This document shows, piece by piece, positions 25,818 to 39,731 of a stretch of DNA of 64,000 nt (the stretch's first letter is position 1; each line of letters opens with the position of its first letter). Source of the stretch: Macrostomum hystrix (lineage: Eukaryota; Animalia; Platyhelminthes); NCBI GenBank assembly GCA_950097015.1, contig CATNEN010000001.1, positions 16,988,001-17,052,000 on the forward strand. The letters run 5' to 3'. The notes under the pieces are model-generated. The model worked only from the letters and a program-made list of their open reading frames with translations. It searched no databases and was not told the DNA's origin. Position numbers and translations under genes: made by a program.

Positions 25818-26564
25818 TAATTTTCTCCTCTAATTTTTGTCCTTTTAGTCTCTCTTATCCTCTCTCCTGGTTCCACAGATCCAATTCCCATAGCTCCCCT
25901 CTTAGCAGGCAAATAATCTATGAGTTTCGCAATCAATCAACAATAAAGCTACCAGCTGTTGCTTGAGTAAGCTCAAATAAACAGATTTTTATTCGATATT
26001 TCGTGTCTGAAATTCAAGTTTTTCTGGCACTTTATTACCTCAACGTTTTTGGGAAGATCAAACAATAGTTGTGTAATTATACTCTTATGCATAAAAAAAT
26101 TCATACAGTATTAATTCCATTGTATTATTGTAACTCGCCATAATTGGGGTTAAATTTATGCTGATAATCGCAATAATTTTCTCTTTTTTAAGGCGAAGCC
26201 CAAATGGCTAGAGTGAAGCAACAGCTGTTTCTATGAATATTCTGCTGCTGCTGCTGCTGCTGCTGCACTTGTACAACTATATAGCTAGACAGAATGCATG
26301 CCTGCATACCAACCAGTCTATTGTCATTTCAGCCCCGGATGGCCCCACTACATAGGTCCGCCAAATTACGAGTATCTCTTCAATTTCTTTCAGTTCGCAT
26401 AAAGATAATTCGAAAAGGTTTCTCTGAATCTCAGTAAAAATGCATTATTTAGGTCTAGAAATAAAATTTTTCGGGATTTCGAAACCTAAATCGTCGAGAT
26501 CAACAAATCAAGCTCTTAATTAAGAGACTATAAAATATAGCATTTTGTATTTTAGGGTGAAAAA

Positions 26565-27205
26565 CAGAAATTTTGAAATCTGAGATTTTTAAATCGGGGA
26601 TTTTGAAATCTGTGCTTTTTTAATCTGTGATTTTGAAACCTGGGATTTTGAATTCGGGGATTTTGAAACCTGGGATTTTGAAATCTGGGAGTTTGAAATC
26701 TGGGATTTTGAAATCTGGGAGTTTGAAATCTGGGAGCTTGAAATCGGGGATTTTGAAATCGGGGATTTTGAAATCGGGGATTTTGAAATCGTAGATTTTG
26801 AAATCGGGGATTTTGAAATCGGGGATTTTGAAATCTGGGAGTTTGAAATCTGGGAGTTTGAAATCTGGGATTTTGAAATCTGGGATTTTGAAATCCGTGA
26901 GTTTGAAATCTGGGAGTTTAAAGTCTGGGAGTTTAAAATCTGAGATTTTGACATTTGGGATTTTGAAATCTAGGAGTTTGAAACCTGGGAGTTTGAAATC
27001 GGGGATTTTGAAATCGGGGATTTTGAAATCTGTGCTTTTTTATCTGGGATTTTGAAATCGGGATTTTGAAATCTGGGAGTTTAAAATCTGGGAGTTTGAA
27101 ATCTGGGAGTTTGAAATCTGGGATTTTTAAATCTGGGATTTTTAAATATAAGATTTTGAAATATGGGATTCATAAATCTAGGATTTAGACTTCTGGGATT
27201 TTGAA
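26565..27205. repeat. 15-bp degenerate satellite (TGGGATTTTGAAATC)
   Basis: About 40 copies. Confidence 0.93.
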
Positions 27206-27676
27206 GTTCTAAAGTCAGTAAAGTCTTGGAGATCAGAATATCCCAGAACAATACCAAACAACTCGGTAAAAAATTAAATCCCATTTTAAACATTCCCAAA
27301 ACCCCTTGGCAACCATCCATCTTCTTATTTTCGATATTTATTCCCCAATCTAGTTCTTCTTAGCTTCCCAGTTGTGCCCGATTCCCAAAAAACCATCTGT
27401 GAATTTTACGGATCTGTGAAGGAAAAAAGATGGGTTTAAGAAATCTATTCTTAGATTTACAATGCTGGGCTGGTAGGAACTGCAAATAGAAAACTGGGCC
27501 ATGTGGAATACATGGCGTAGGACCGCCGCACACACTTTTGCAGCTTCGTTTCGTTGCTGATAAAACGAAGAACAAACAGCTCCTTGCAGGTCACATTTCC
27601 TGACCGAAAGATAGGAAATCTTAGCTTGTCCGGACACTAGCACTGGGCCACAAACACCTAGAAGCAGAGAATTGCT

Positions 27677-28272
<596 letters not shown>

Positions 28273-28567
28273 CGTACATATGTTTTTCTGTCTCTCTTTA
28301 CGATTTGCTGCCAACAATTTTTTCCGTCTCTACACGAAGAAACAGATCTGCGGCAAATTAAGACTTTTGTTTTTTGCCCCGAAAATCTTATTTACGACTT
28401 TTCGCCTGAACCATATATGGCCTGAAGGTGTATTGATTTAATCTTAATCTACGGATTTACTCATCAACAGTAGTATTAAGCTGCTACAAAATATCTGCTC
28501 CAAGATTATTGAGTTTGAGGCTCTTGCTTAGAGATTGTCACTGGGGTAATATATTTAGGAAAAGATA

Positions 28568-29553
28568 TAGAGACGAGAGGGGAGAGAAATGGGGAGAGGA
28601 GATAGGAGAGAGGAGAGAGGAGAGACGAGAGAGGAGAGAGGAGAGACGAGAGAGCAGAGAGGAGAGAGGAGAGAGGAGAGACGAGAGAGGAGAGAGGAGA
28701 GAGGAGAGAGGAGAGAGGAGACAGGAGAGAGGAGAGAGGAGAGAGGAGAGAGGAGAGAGGAGAGAGGAGAGGGAGAGAGGGAGAGAGAGAGCGGGAGAGA
28801 GGAGAGAGGACACTGCCCATTGAATTTCAAAAATCTAATGTTGGAATTGATTCCGATATGTATCGAAAAAATTGAAATCTGGATTCGAACCAAGGCAACT
28901 CCAGACGAGAGAATTGGAGAGAGGAGAGAAATGGGGAGAGAAGATAGGAGAGAGGAGAGACGAGAGATGAGAGAGGAGAGAGGAGAGAGGAGAGAGGAGA
29001 GAGGAGAGAGGAGAGAGGAGAGAGGAGAGGGAGAGAGGGAGAGAGAGAGCGGGAGAGAGGAGAGAGGACACTGCCCATTGAATTTCAAAAATCTAATGTT
29101 GGAATTGATTCCGATATGTATCGAAAAAATTGAAATCTGGATTCGAACCAAGGCAACTCCAGACGAGAGAATTGGAGAGAGGAGATAGGAGAGAGGAGAG
29201 ACGAGAGAGGAGAGAGGAGAGAGGAGAGAGGAGAGACGAGAGAGGAGATAGGAGAGAGGAGAGAGGAGATAGGAGAGAGGAGAGACGAGAGAGGAGAGAG
29301 GAGAGAGGAGAGAGGAGAGAGGAGAGAGGAGATAGGAGAGAGGAGAGACGAGAGAGGAGAGAGGAGAGAGGAGAGAGGAGAGAGGAGAGAGGAGAGAGGA
29401 GAGAGGAGAGAGGAGAGAGGAGAGAGGAGAGAGGAGAGAGGAGATAGGAGAGAGGAGAGAGGAGAGAGGAGAGAGGAGATAGGAGAGAGGAGATAGGAGA
29501 GAGGAGAGAGGAGAGAGGAGAGAGGAGATAGGAGAGAGGAGAGAGGAGAGAGG
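28568..29553. repeat. (GAGAGGA)n purine-rich satellite with an internal 258-bp duplication
   Basis: 7-bp units; a unique ~110-bp segment occurs twice, at 28809 and 29067. Confidence 0.95.
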
Positions 29554-30154
29554 CTAGTGGATTGTGAAGAAAGGAGATGGTAACTAGAGATACACCATGA
29601 GAATTTGTAAGATATACTTTTTCTTCCCTGTAAGAGTAGAAAAGATAAATTTTTAATTTATTAGAAGCTTCTGAAATATAATTTCTGCAACTGTAACTCC
29701 ATAGTATAGATTGGCAGTTGCTATGCGCCGAGCATAGCATAGCAACCACCGAAAGCTACACAGCCAAAGAAGTGGACGCGAGCACTTGACCTATGCATTC
29801 TAGTTAGATTTCTAAAATTAGATAAGTACTACTCAACACTTATTCTGCTCATGGATCCATGAAATTTAATTTGATTTCTTACCCACACCACCTAAGATCT
29901 TCATACAGTTTTTATCAACAGCCAGGCAGGCTTAGTTTTCACAACTCGATCGCTACTGTAGAACAAAGAGCAACCACCGTGCAGATGAGATAAGACTGCG
30001 TTGGGAGAATTTAGATTTTTTTCTTTGTGGAAACGAAATTTCTATCCAGTTTAAGGGGCTTCTACGCTGTATACTATATATGTATAATATGCCTATACAA
30101 CATGACTAGTATCCCCCACAACCCGACCCCATGGCCACTATCAGCACCTCACCA

Positions 30155-31302
30155 CTGTCTCATTTCTCCCCTGTCTCATTTCTCCCCTGTCTCATCTCTC
30201 TCCTGTCTCATTTCTCCCCTGTCTCATCTCTCCCCTGTCTCATCACTCCCCTGTTTCATCTCTCCCCTGTCTCATCTCTCCCCTGTCTCATCTCTCCCCT
30301 GTCTCATCTCTCACCTGTTTCATCTCTCCCCTGTCTCATCTCTTCCCTGTTTCATCTCTCACCTGTCTCATCTCTCCCCTGTCTCATCTCTCCCCTGTCT
30401 CATCACTCCCCTGTTTCATCTCTCCCCTGTCTCATCTCTCACCTGTTTCATCTCTCCCCTGTCTCATCTCTCCCCTGTCTCATCTCTCACCTGTTTCATC
30501 TCTCCCCTGTCTCATCTCTCCCCTGTCTCATCTCTCTCCTGTCTCATTTCTCCCCTGTCTCATCTCTCCCCTGTCTCATCACTCCCCTGTTTCATCTCTC
30601 CCCTGTCTCATCTCTCACCTGTTTCATCTCTCCCCTGTCTCATCTCTCCCCTGTCTCATCTCTCACCTGTTTCATCTCTCCCCTGTCTCATCTCTCCCCT
30701 GTCTCATCACTCCCCTGTTTCATCTCTCCCCTGTCTCATCTCTCACCTGTTTCATCTCTCCCCTGTCTCATCTCTCCCCTGTCTCATCTCTCACCTGTTT
30801 CATCTCTCCCCTGTCTCATCTCTCCCCTGTCTCATCACTCCCCTGTTTCATCTCTCCCCTGTCTCATCTCTCACCTGTTTCATCTCTCCCCTGTCTCATC
30901 TCTCACCTGTTTCATCTCTCCCCTGTCTCATCACTCCCCTGTTTCATCTCTCCCCTGTCTCATCTCTCACCTGTTTCATCTCTCCCCTGTCTCATCTCTC
31001 CCCTGTCTCATCACTCCCCTGTCTCATCACTCCTCTGTTTCATCTCTCCCCTGTCTCATCTCTCCCCTGTCTCATCTCTCACCTGTCTCATCTCTCCCCT
31101 GTCTCATCTCTCCCCTGTCTCATCACTCCCCTGTTTCATCTCTCCCCTGTCTCATCTCTCACCTGTTTCATCTCTCCCCTGTCTCATCTCTCCCCTGTCT
31201 CATCTCTCACCTGTTTCATCTCTCCCCTGTCTCATCACTCCCCTGTTTCATCTCTCCCCTGTCTCATCACTCCCCTGTCTCATCTCTCCCCTGTCTCATC
31301 TC
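30155..31302. repeat. 16-bp pyrimidine-rich satellite (CTGTCTCATCTCTCCC)
   Basis: About 70 copies. Confidence 0.97.
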
Positions 31303-31699
31303 AGCAATCTCTAATGTGCTCTATTTTCAATTAGTTTTCCAAAATTAGAACACATTTTAAGAAAGAAGATTGTGAGAATCTTCATCAGAGTAATTGAATT
31401 CGAAGTAATTTCCTTACGATGTTTGCTTGCTTGCGAGAATGCAGAAAGGGACTCGCCGCTTTGCAATTAGCAATGGCGCTTTTGATTATCCTAATGAGGC
31501 CCTGTTGACAGCCTGTGTTAGCTGTCATTCTGATCTTGAAGCTAGCATAGAAACAGGACAGGCTATTGTCTGTGCTTGAGATATTAGCGAGTGGATATTT
31601 ATTCACATCCGACTCGAATCTTGAAAACAAGATATTAAAAACGCGTACAGAACCTATTACTGACTTGAACACATTAGATTATTGTCTTGTACACACCGG

Positions 31700-32390
31700 A
31701 TACTTATATTCTACTCACCCAATTCTAATCTTTTACTCACCCAATTCTAATCTTGTACTCACCCAATTCTAATCTTGTACTCACCCAATTCTAATCTTGT
31801 ACTCACCCAATTCTAATCTTGTACTCACCCAATTCTAATCTTTTACTCACCCAATTCTAATCTTGTACTCACCCAATTCTAATCTTGTACTCACCCAATT
31901 CTAATCTTGTACTCACCCAATTCTAATCTTGTACTCACCCAATTCTAATCTTGTACTCACCCAATTCTAACCTACTAAATGCTCGGTTCTAATCTGGTAA
32001 TTGTAATCTAATTCTATTCTAATCACACCCAATTATTATCTGGTACATACCATATTCTAAGCTGGTACATACACCAGATTTTAATATTGTACATACATAA
32101 TTCAAATATAATACACACCCGATTATAATCTAGTACACATTCGATTATAATCTGGTACACATTCGATTATAACCTGGTACACACCCGATTCTAATCTGGT
32201 ACACATTCGATTCTAATCTGGTACACACTCGATTCTGATCTGGTACACATTCGATTCTAATCTGGTACACACCGGATTCTAATCTGGTACACACCTCATT
32301 CTTATCTGGTACACACTCGATTCTGATCTGGTACACATTCGATTCTAATCTGGTACACATTCGATTCTAATCTGGTACGCACCGGATGCC
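31700..32390. repeat. Two related 22-bp arrays (TTCTAATCTTGTACTCACCCAA grading into TTCTAATCTGGTACACATTCGA)
   Basis: Homogeneous blocks at 31710-31970 and ~32120-32385 with a degenerate middle. Confidence 0.92.
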
Positions 32391-33699
32391 CTAAATGTAC
32401 TTTTGAGTTTTATTAAAACTTCATTGATATGGGAAAATATTTAATCTTTCTGTGTCTAACAGAAAAATTCGCTTAAGTGACCTTGGCCTCAATGTTGATG
32501 AAAACTTGCATGTTGAGTTTTAGCTTCGATTTTTGAGTCTAGAATTGTCGCAAATCAGAGAATGCCCGACAGAAACTTCGCCCAGTTGAAGTAACCGATC
32601 CAGGGCTTGCTCTCTGTGATTGATCGCTTATATAGAGGAGTCAGAAATCAACAAGAGAAATGCAAATAAGAGAATAGGAGAGGAAAGAAGGGCCTGAATG
32701 GAAAATAGGCATGGAAGATTAGTTTGTTAGAATGGGATGAAAATGTGGAATTAACTGATTCAGTTCTAAAGTCTCCCAAAGGCAATAACAAACGATAATT
32801 ATAACAAACGATATTACGCTCGTAGCATGCAGGATAATACAAAAATTCAGAGTTAGTGCACTTAACTTACTTTCTTAGAAAAAACATGCCGATTTTTGTA
32901 ATCACTAAAATATCCCACTTGCTCAGAGCTTTAAAAAAGAAGACAATGGTATTTGAATTTTTTTATTAATAATATTTTGCATTTTTCGCTTATATTCAGT
33001 TTATTAAAAAATTATACTACACCAAATATTTTGTTATTTCGTGTCAATCCGTTTCTTGTTTTAGGCACACATTTTTTAATTATAATAATAGATTATAATT
33101 TATTAATTTATTAATGTATTTATTAATTTATAATTTATATAATTTATTAATATGATAATAAAATTAATCATAGCTAGATTAATAGATTATAATTATGAAT
33201 TTAGATTCATAATGTATTACAATTTTCATTATTATTATTATTATATTAATGTTCTACTTTTTACTTTAGTCGTACGAAGTATTAAAATTGTTTATCAACT
33301 AACCGAATTTCTACAGTTGATATTTAACAGAATCAAAATTTTCCAATTTCATTAGGAGTTGAGCTTTAAATAACAGAGTGTCATCTTGCAAGCCTTGGCT
33401 GCTGTCGAGTAGACATTAAATTATTCACGAATGAGAAGTCTCCGGTCCTCCAGTGAATTAAAACTGACAGTTATGGGGGATTTCCTTCGACAACACGTCG
33501 GAAAGTTTCTTATTTTTTCCTAAGATATTCTGGTCAAGTTCGGATGCAATCAAATCTAAGAGCTTCTACTGTGAAACTCATGCGCCAGAAGGGTTCCTGG
33601 ATGATTTTAGAAGCGCTTAGATTGTTTCATAAGTGTTAAAACAATTTCAAATAGGCTGGAAGGATTTAGCTCGTGTCTAAATGGTTGCAGTTGCTTTAA

Positions 33700-34135
33700 A
33701 GGAATGAAATGGGTTCAGAAGGTTAAATGGGTTCTGAAGGTTTCCGAGGGGTTTGGAAGGGTACGAAGGTGTTTTAAAGGCTTTAAATTGTTCAAAGTGG
33801 TTCAAAAGGGTTCAAAGGGTTCAGAAGGGTTTAAAGTGGTTATGAAGGTTCAAAGGGGTTATGAAGGGGTTCAAAGGAGTTATGAAGGGGTTCAAAGGGG
33901 TTATGATCGGGTCCAAAGGACTTTAAAAGGGTTCAAAAAGGCTTGGATGGGGTTCAAAGGGGTTTGGAAGGTTTCGAAGGGGATCAGAAAGGTTCAAAGG
34001 GGTTCAGAAGGATTCAAAGTGGTTATGAAGGCTCAAAGGGGGTTATGAAGGGTTCAAAGGGGTTCAGAAAGGTTTTAAGGGGCTCAGAAGGGTTTAAAGG
34101 GGGTTCAGAAGGTTTTCGAGTGTTTCAGAAAGGAC
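33700..34135. repeat. Degenerate ~10-bp repeat (GGGTTCAAAG)
   Basis: Recurrent GGGTTCAAAG/GGTTCAGAAG/GGTTATGAAG. Confidence 0.8.
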
Positions 34136-34812
34136 TGATAATGGTAAAATTGTATTTGCACGCGAGGGGGCCGCATGCATAAAATCCATAGTTTTAAGCA
34201 TGCACGCCAGATTTTGTTGTCCAATTGAGAGGCCTACCTTGAGCCGTGCAGTTGAGTTAGCTATTCGAATCGATGCTGAAGTGGATATCGGATGCCTGAG
34301 CACTCGACTGAGTCTCGGAACTGTTACAGGACAGAGTGGCTATTAAGCTTCGCTGGGAATGTCTTTCAATCTGTCCCGGTTTGTTTTATCTTTTTAGACT
34401 CTGAAACGTCTTCGAGTGGAAAATATGTCCGACAGAATTGAGTGCAGCACACCTGACTATTCACTGGGGGGAGGGGGAGTGGGCGGAGAGTCCTGCTTCT
34501 GGAATTCGGGAGAAAAATGATGGGGACAATGTGGAAACTGCAACACTGAAGCTTGTTTGAAAAATATCATTGGGAAATTCAACGATTCAAGCCGTTTATA
34601 GCAGCGAGTGATGGGCCTTTATCCTGGCTCTTTGCGGACAGGGCAAGAACAGGCAGATAGCAGAGAGAGGCGAATGGGAAGACATTTGACCAGGACGAAA
34701 TCAGCCAATCAGCGTGAAGCAGCTGCCCGCTGGGATTGGAAAATCCCCAAATATGAATCTGGAAACAGGGACAAGATTGTCACGCGTACAATCTGTTGAC
34801 AATGGGTTGTGA

Positions 34813-35030
34813 GTGACTTCAGACAGCCTGAAGGACATGACTTCAGACAGCCTGAAGGACATGACTTCAGACAGCCTGATTGACATGACTTCAGACAGCC
34901 TGAAGGACATGACTTCAGACAGCCTGATTGACATGACTTCAGACAGCCTGGAGGACATGACTTCAGACAGCCTGAAGGACATGACTTCAGACAGCCTGAA
35001 GGACATGCCATCAGACAGCCTGATTGACAA
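34813..35030. repeat. 24-bp minisatellite (GACATGACTTCAGACAGCCTGAAG)
   Basis: About 9 copies. Confidence 0.95.
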
Positions 35031-35661
35031 TGGGATGTGTGAATGAGGTTATTCAGAACCATTAAATGAGTTCAGATGAATCCAGCCTTGAGTTGTATTT
35101 TGGCTAGTGTCCCATTTTCGCAGCATTATCCTTAATCCCTGGTTCATTCTGTCCAATTTTTTGCTTATTACGGTGATACGCACTAATGGCCTTTTTATCC
35201 ACACTGCCTTCGGTGACAGTTCTTTTCAGCTTTCAACTTCGAAGCTATTTTTATTCCCTCCTTCGGCTTGATTGAATTTCATTCAATACAGAGGCGAACA
35301 CCCACCCCCTCATTATCAATTTCATTCACTAGCCAATCCATTACGAGATACATCAATACCCGCATAGCAACTGTCTGCGCCTAATTACCCCCGATGCGGC
35401 CATTGTGAGTGAGGCTTTCACAGTTTAGGTTTAAAATTAAATAAAATATACTCATGTAACCTCGCATGCAAATAAACGAGCAAGTTCTTATGTAGAAATG
35501 CTAATAATACCAATAGTACTGTTTTTATTATTGAATTGCGTCTGATTTTTTTCTAGGAATCGTTCTTGTGACTCTCTGTCACATTCTGTCTTTGTTGTGT
35601 TAATAAGATAGTCAATTAGCCTGGCATGTAGTCGATTTACCTAACAAAATAGTATATTTTT

Positions 35662-37290
35662 ACAGCTATTCAGTGTGTCTAACAGCTGTTCAGTGTGTCT
35701 AACAGCTGTTCAGTGTGTCTAACAGCTGTTCAGTGTGTCTAACAGCTGTTCAGTGTGTGTGTCTAACAGCTTTTCAGTGTGTCTAACAGCTGTTCAGTGT
35801 GTCTAACAGCTGTTCAGTGTGTCTAACAGCTGTTCAGTGTGTCTAACAGCTGTTCAGTGTGTCTAACAGCTGTTCAGTGTGTGTGTCTAACAGTTATTCA
35901 GTGTGTCTAACAGCTTCAGTGTGTCTAACAGCTTTTCAGTGTGTCTAACAGCTGTTCAGTGTGTCTAACAGCTATTCAGTGTGTCTAACTGCCAATCGAT
36001 TTGTCTAACAGCTATTCAGTGTGTCTAACAGCTGTTCAGTGTGTCTAACAGCTGTTCAGTGTGTGTGTCTAACAGCTTTTCAGTGTGTCTAACAGCTGTT
36101 CAGTGTGTCTAACAGCTGTTCAGTGTGTGTGTCTAACAGCTTTTCAGTGTGTCTAACAGCTGTTCAGTGTGTCTAACAGCTGTTCAGTGTGTGTGTCTAA
36201 CAGCTTTTCAGTGTGTCTAACAGCTGTTCAGTGTGTCTAACAGCTGTTCAGTGTGTCTAACAGCTGTTCAGTGTGTCTAACAGCTGTTCAGTGTGTCTAA
36301 CAGTTATTCAGTGTGTCTAACAGCTATTCAGTGTGTCTAACAGCTTTTCAGTGTGTCTAACAGCTGTTCAGTGTGTCTAACAGCTGTTCAGTGTGTCTAA
36401 CAGCTGTTCAGTGTGTCTAACAGCTGTTCAGTGTGTCTAACAGCTGTTCAGTGTGTCTAACAGCTATTCAGTGTGTCTAACAGCTATTCAGTGTGTCTGA
36501 CACCTATTCAGTGTGTCTAACTGCCAATCGATTTGTCTAACAGCTATTCAGTGTGTCTAACAGCTGTTCAGTGTGTCTAACAGCTGTTCAGTGTGTGTGT
36601 CTAACAGCTTTTCAGTGTGTCTAACAGCTGTTCAGTGTGTCTAACAGCTGTTCAGTGTGTCTAACAGCTGTTCAGTGTGTCTAACAGCTGTTCAGTGTGT
36701 CTAACAGTTATTCAGTGTGTCTAACAGCTATTCAGTGTGTCTAACAGCTTTTCAGTGTGTCTAACAGCTGTTCAGTGTGTCTAACAGCTGTTCAGTGTGT
36801 CTAACAGCTGTTCAGTGTGTCTAACAGCTGTTCAGTGTGTCTAACAGCTGTTCAGTGTGTCTAACAGCTATTCAGTGTGTCTAACAGCTATTCAGTGTGT
36901 CTGACACCTATTCAGTGTGTCTAACAGCTGTTCAGTGTGTCTAACAGCTATTCAGTGTGTCTAACAGCTTTTCAGTGTGTCTAACAGCTATTCAGTGTGT
37001 CTAACAGCTTTTCAGTGTGTCTAACAGCTGTTCAGTGTGTCTAACAGCTGTTCAGTGTGTCTAACAGCTATTCAGTGTGTCTAACAGCTGTTCAGTGTGT
37101 CTAACAGCTGTTCAGTGTGTCTAACAGCTGTTCAGTGTGTCTAACAGCTGTTCAGTGTGTCTAACAGCTGTTCAGTGTGTCTAACAGCTGTTCAGTGTGT
37201 CTAACAGCTATTCAGTGTGTCTAACAGCTATTCAGTGTGTCTAACTGCCAATCGATTTGTCTAACAGCAATCCAATGTAGCTAACAGCTA
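35662..37290. repeat. 20-bp satellite (AACAGCTGTTCAGTGTGTCT), ~80 copies
   Basis: Seen directly; the variant unit AACTGCCAATCGATTTGTCT recurs near 35988, 36520 and 37244, suggesting higher-order structure. Confidence 0.97.
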
Positions 37291-39731
37291 TTGTTAGTTG
37301 TCTAAGAGCTAGTGGTTGCAGTTTTTCTTGGTTCTATTCAGCTACATCGTCAACTATAACAAAATTTGTGCAACAGAGGTTTAAAATTTCGTATATCCTT
37401 GCAGTTCTGAACAAATACTCACGTTATAATTGGATCTCTGTGTCAAAGAGTTGCAAGCAGATACACACAAACGAATAAGTGTGGTTAATAAGAATGAGCA
37501 AAAAAAATTTGGCACGCAAAAGCACAATGCCCCAATCTTTGTGGCCCTTTTCATGAGTTGATAGTATCAAAAAAGCGACTTAGCTCATTAGTATTTTATC
37601 CCAAAGCCATTTTCCTAAAACATGTTTCTCGCACTTTACTGTAGGCAAGATCTACTGCGTAAAACGAGAAGAATCTAGTTGCGAAACTCTGATGTGTCTA
37701 CTTGTAAGTAGAATTTGCAATAAATATTAACTTTTTTACATAATAAATTTTCATATGAAATATGAAAATACATTATTCATACTGTATATTATATGAAATA
37801 CTGTATATTGGTATTTCGTTTCAGTTATTGTTATACAATCTGTTAAGTGGTTCATTTGGCGCTTTTGTAGCTTTTATAGCTTTTCTTTTAGCAAATGTAA
37901 CTTGTAATTTATTAGAAAAATAAGAATATAACTATTTAAAAAATAGATGTCTTTTTAGTATTTAGTTTAATACGATGTTTTTTAATTTTTATAGTAATTA
38001 TAAATATAAAAATATATATATATCAAGGAGCACGAGCTGAAATAGAACAGGAAACCTCGTTTCTTGGAAAATTTATTAAAGGCAGATTTTCACGGAAAAT
38101 GCACTAGCGAAATAGGAACTTTTCACGCTTCTCACATTGAAGTGTTAAAACTTTTTATTGGAAACAGATCAAATGCTGTTCTTTTGATATAACTTCCGAA
38201 AAAACAAAACAACATTACTAAATTTTCCACGAAAGGAAGTGTCCCGTTTGTTCTTCTAGTGGTCATTTTATAATATATAATATACTGCATATACGCTAAT
38301 AGTATAACTTACCTGTGTTACAATTGGCTTTAAGAAAATCCAATTGAAAATATAAATAATTGAAGTTAAACAATATCTATTTTTGAAACAATATTTAAAA
38401 TGTTGAATAAGTGTTGCGTAATTAATGTGTTTGTACTTATATATTTCAAACCTGTAATAGTTGTTTTCGCATAGTTAAAGAATTAAAACAAAAGTAACGA
38501 ATGAGAAAATGACATAAAAGTTGTTTTTCTTACTCAGATGCAAAAAAAACATTTCAAATGGGAAATAAAAGTTGTAGCACAGCAAAGCAATATTATTAAA
38601 TGTGTACCATTTTTTCACACAGAAGAGCAATTTTAAACAAATTAAATATAATATATTTAATCTTACACAACCTAACCTTGCGAATGAACAAATACACAGA
38701 TAAGCTTTTAACATTGTTATATAATTTTTGTTTATCTGAAATATATATCGTTTTAACTAATGAAAAAGAGTTTCGCAGATAAAAATAGAAATAAATATGC
38801 ATGAGTTAACAAGAGACAGACATGATATTTCTGAAACATTGTACAAAATGTGTACCATATAAATTAGTCTCTCTGAGTATTTTGACAAGAAATTATCACA
38901 CAATACTACTTAGTAGCTACTGACAGAATGTAAGTAAGTAGGTAATTAAAAAAACGAAAAAGCTGAACGGATAAGTAATGACTGCAGCAATGAGTTAAAA
39001 AATGTTTCAATTATTGCAACAAAAACGGACTAAAATATAAAGATTTTATCATAAGTGTAAGTTGGATGTCTACCGAAATTTATATTCTAAAATAGAATAG
39101 GAAATGGTTAGCAAAAGTAGATAAATAGACAGAAAAAATTAGCATTGAGATAAAATGTTTAGTGCCGATTAGTAAAAAAGCTAATGAACAAAACAAACTG
39201 AAAATGCAATAACAAAAGAGAAAAGCAAAAAAGAGTTAAAACAAATCTCTAAAAATTTCCAAAGAAACACGCGATTGTTTTGATAAAATAGAAAAGCTCC
39301 AAGGAAAAATAATGTACACAAAACTAAGATGCCTACTGACTAGTAGAGTAGTGAGAAAAGTCAACGACTTTTTAATTATAGTTAAGAAATTCGTTCCCAC
39401 AATCACAATCAACAAGCAAAAACAAATAACGATATAATACTAAAATATTAGGAAACAAGACAGCACTTTCTAGCTTAGCTTTTGGAGTACTTATCAAAGA
39501 TAACTTTATAACAAAACAATGAAAATATTTTACACAGACAATAAATATTTTTCAAATGGCTAAATAGTTTGATAAATATTTTGAGCATTTAACTTTAATA
39601 ATCGTTAAATATTATGACGAAAAAACTACTAAAACTTGACTACAACCAACTTTTATTGCTGTAAGATTTTTGTTTTACTCAGCGGGCACGACCAAACAAA
39701 AGTACAAAAAATAGCCAAAACGGTTGCCAAG

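Noticed and set aside
35662-37290. Regular repeat arrays as possible CRISPR
   Set aside because: Head-to-tail units without unique spacers, no cas genes, eukaryotic context; the same applies to all arrays here
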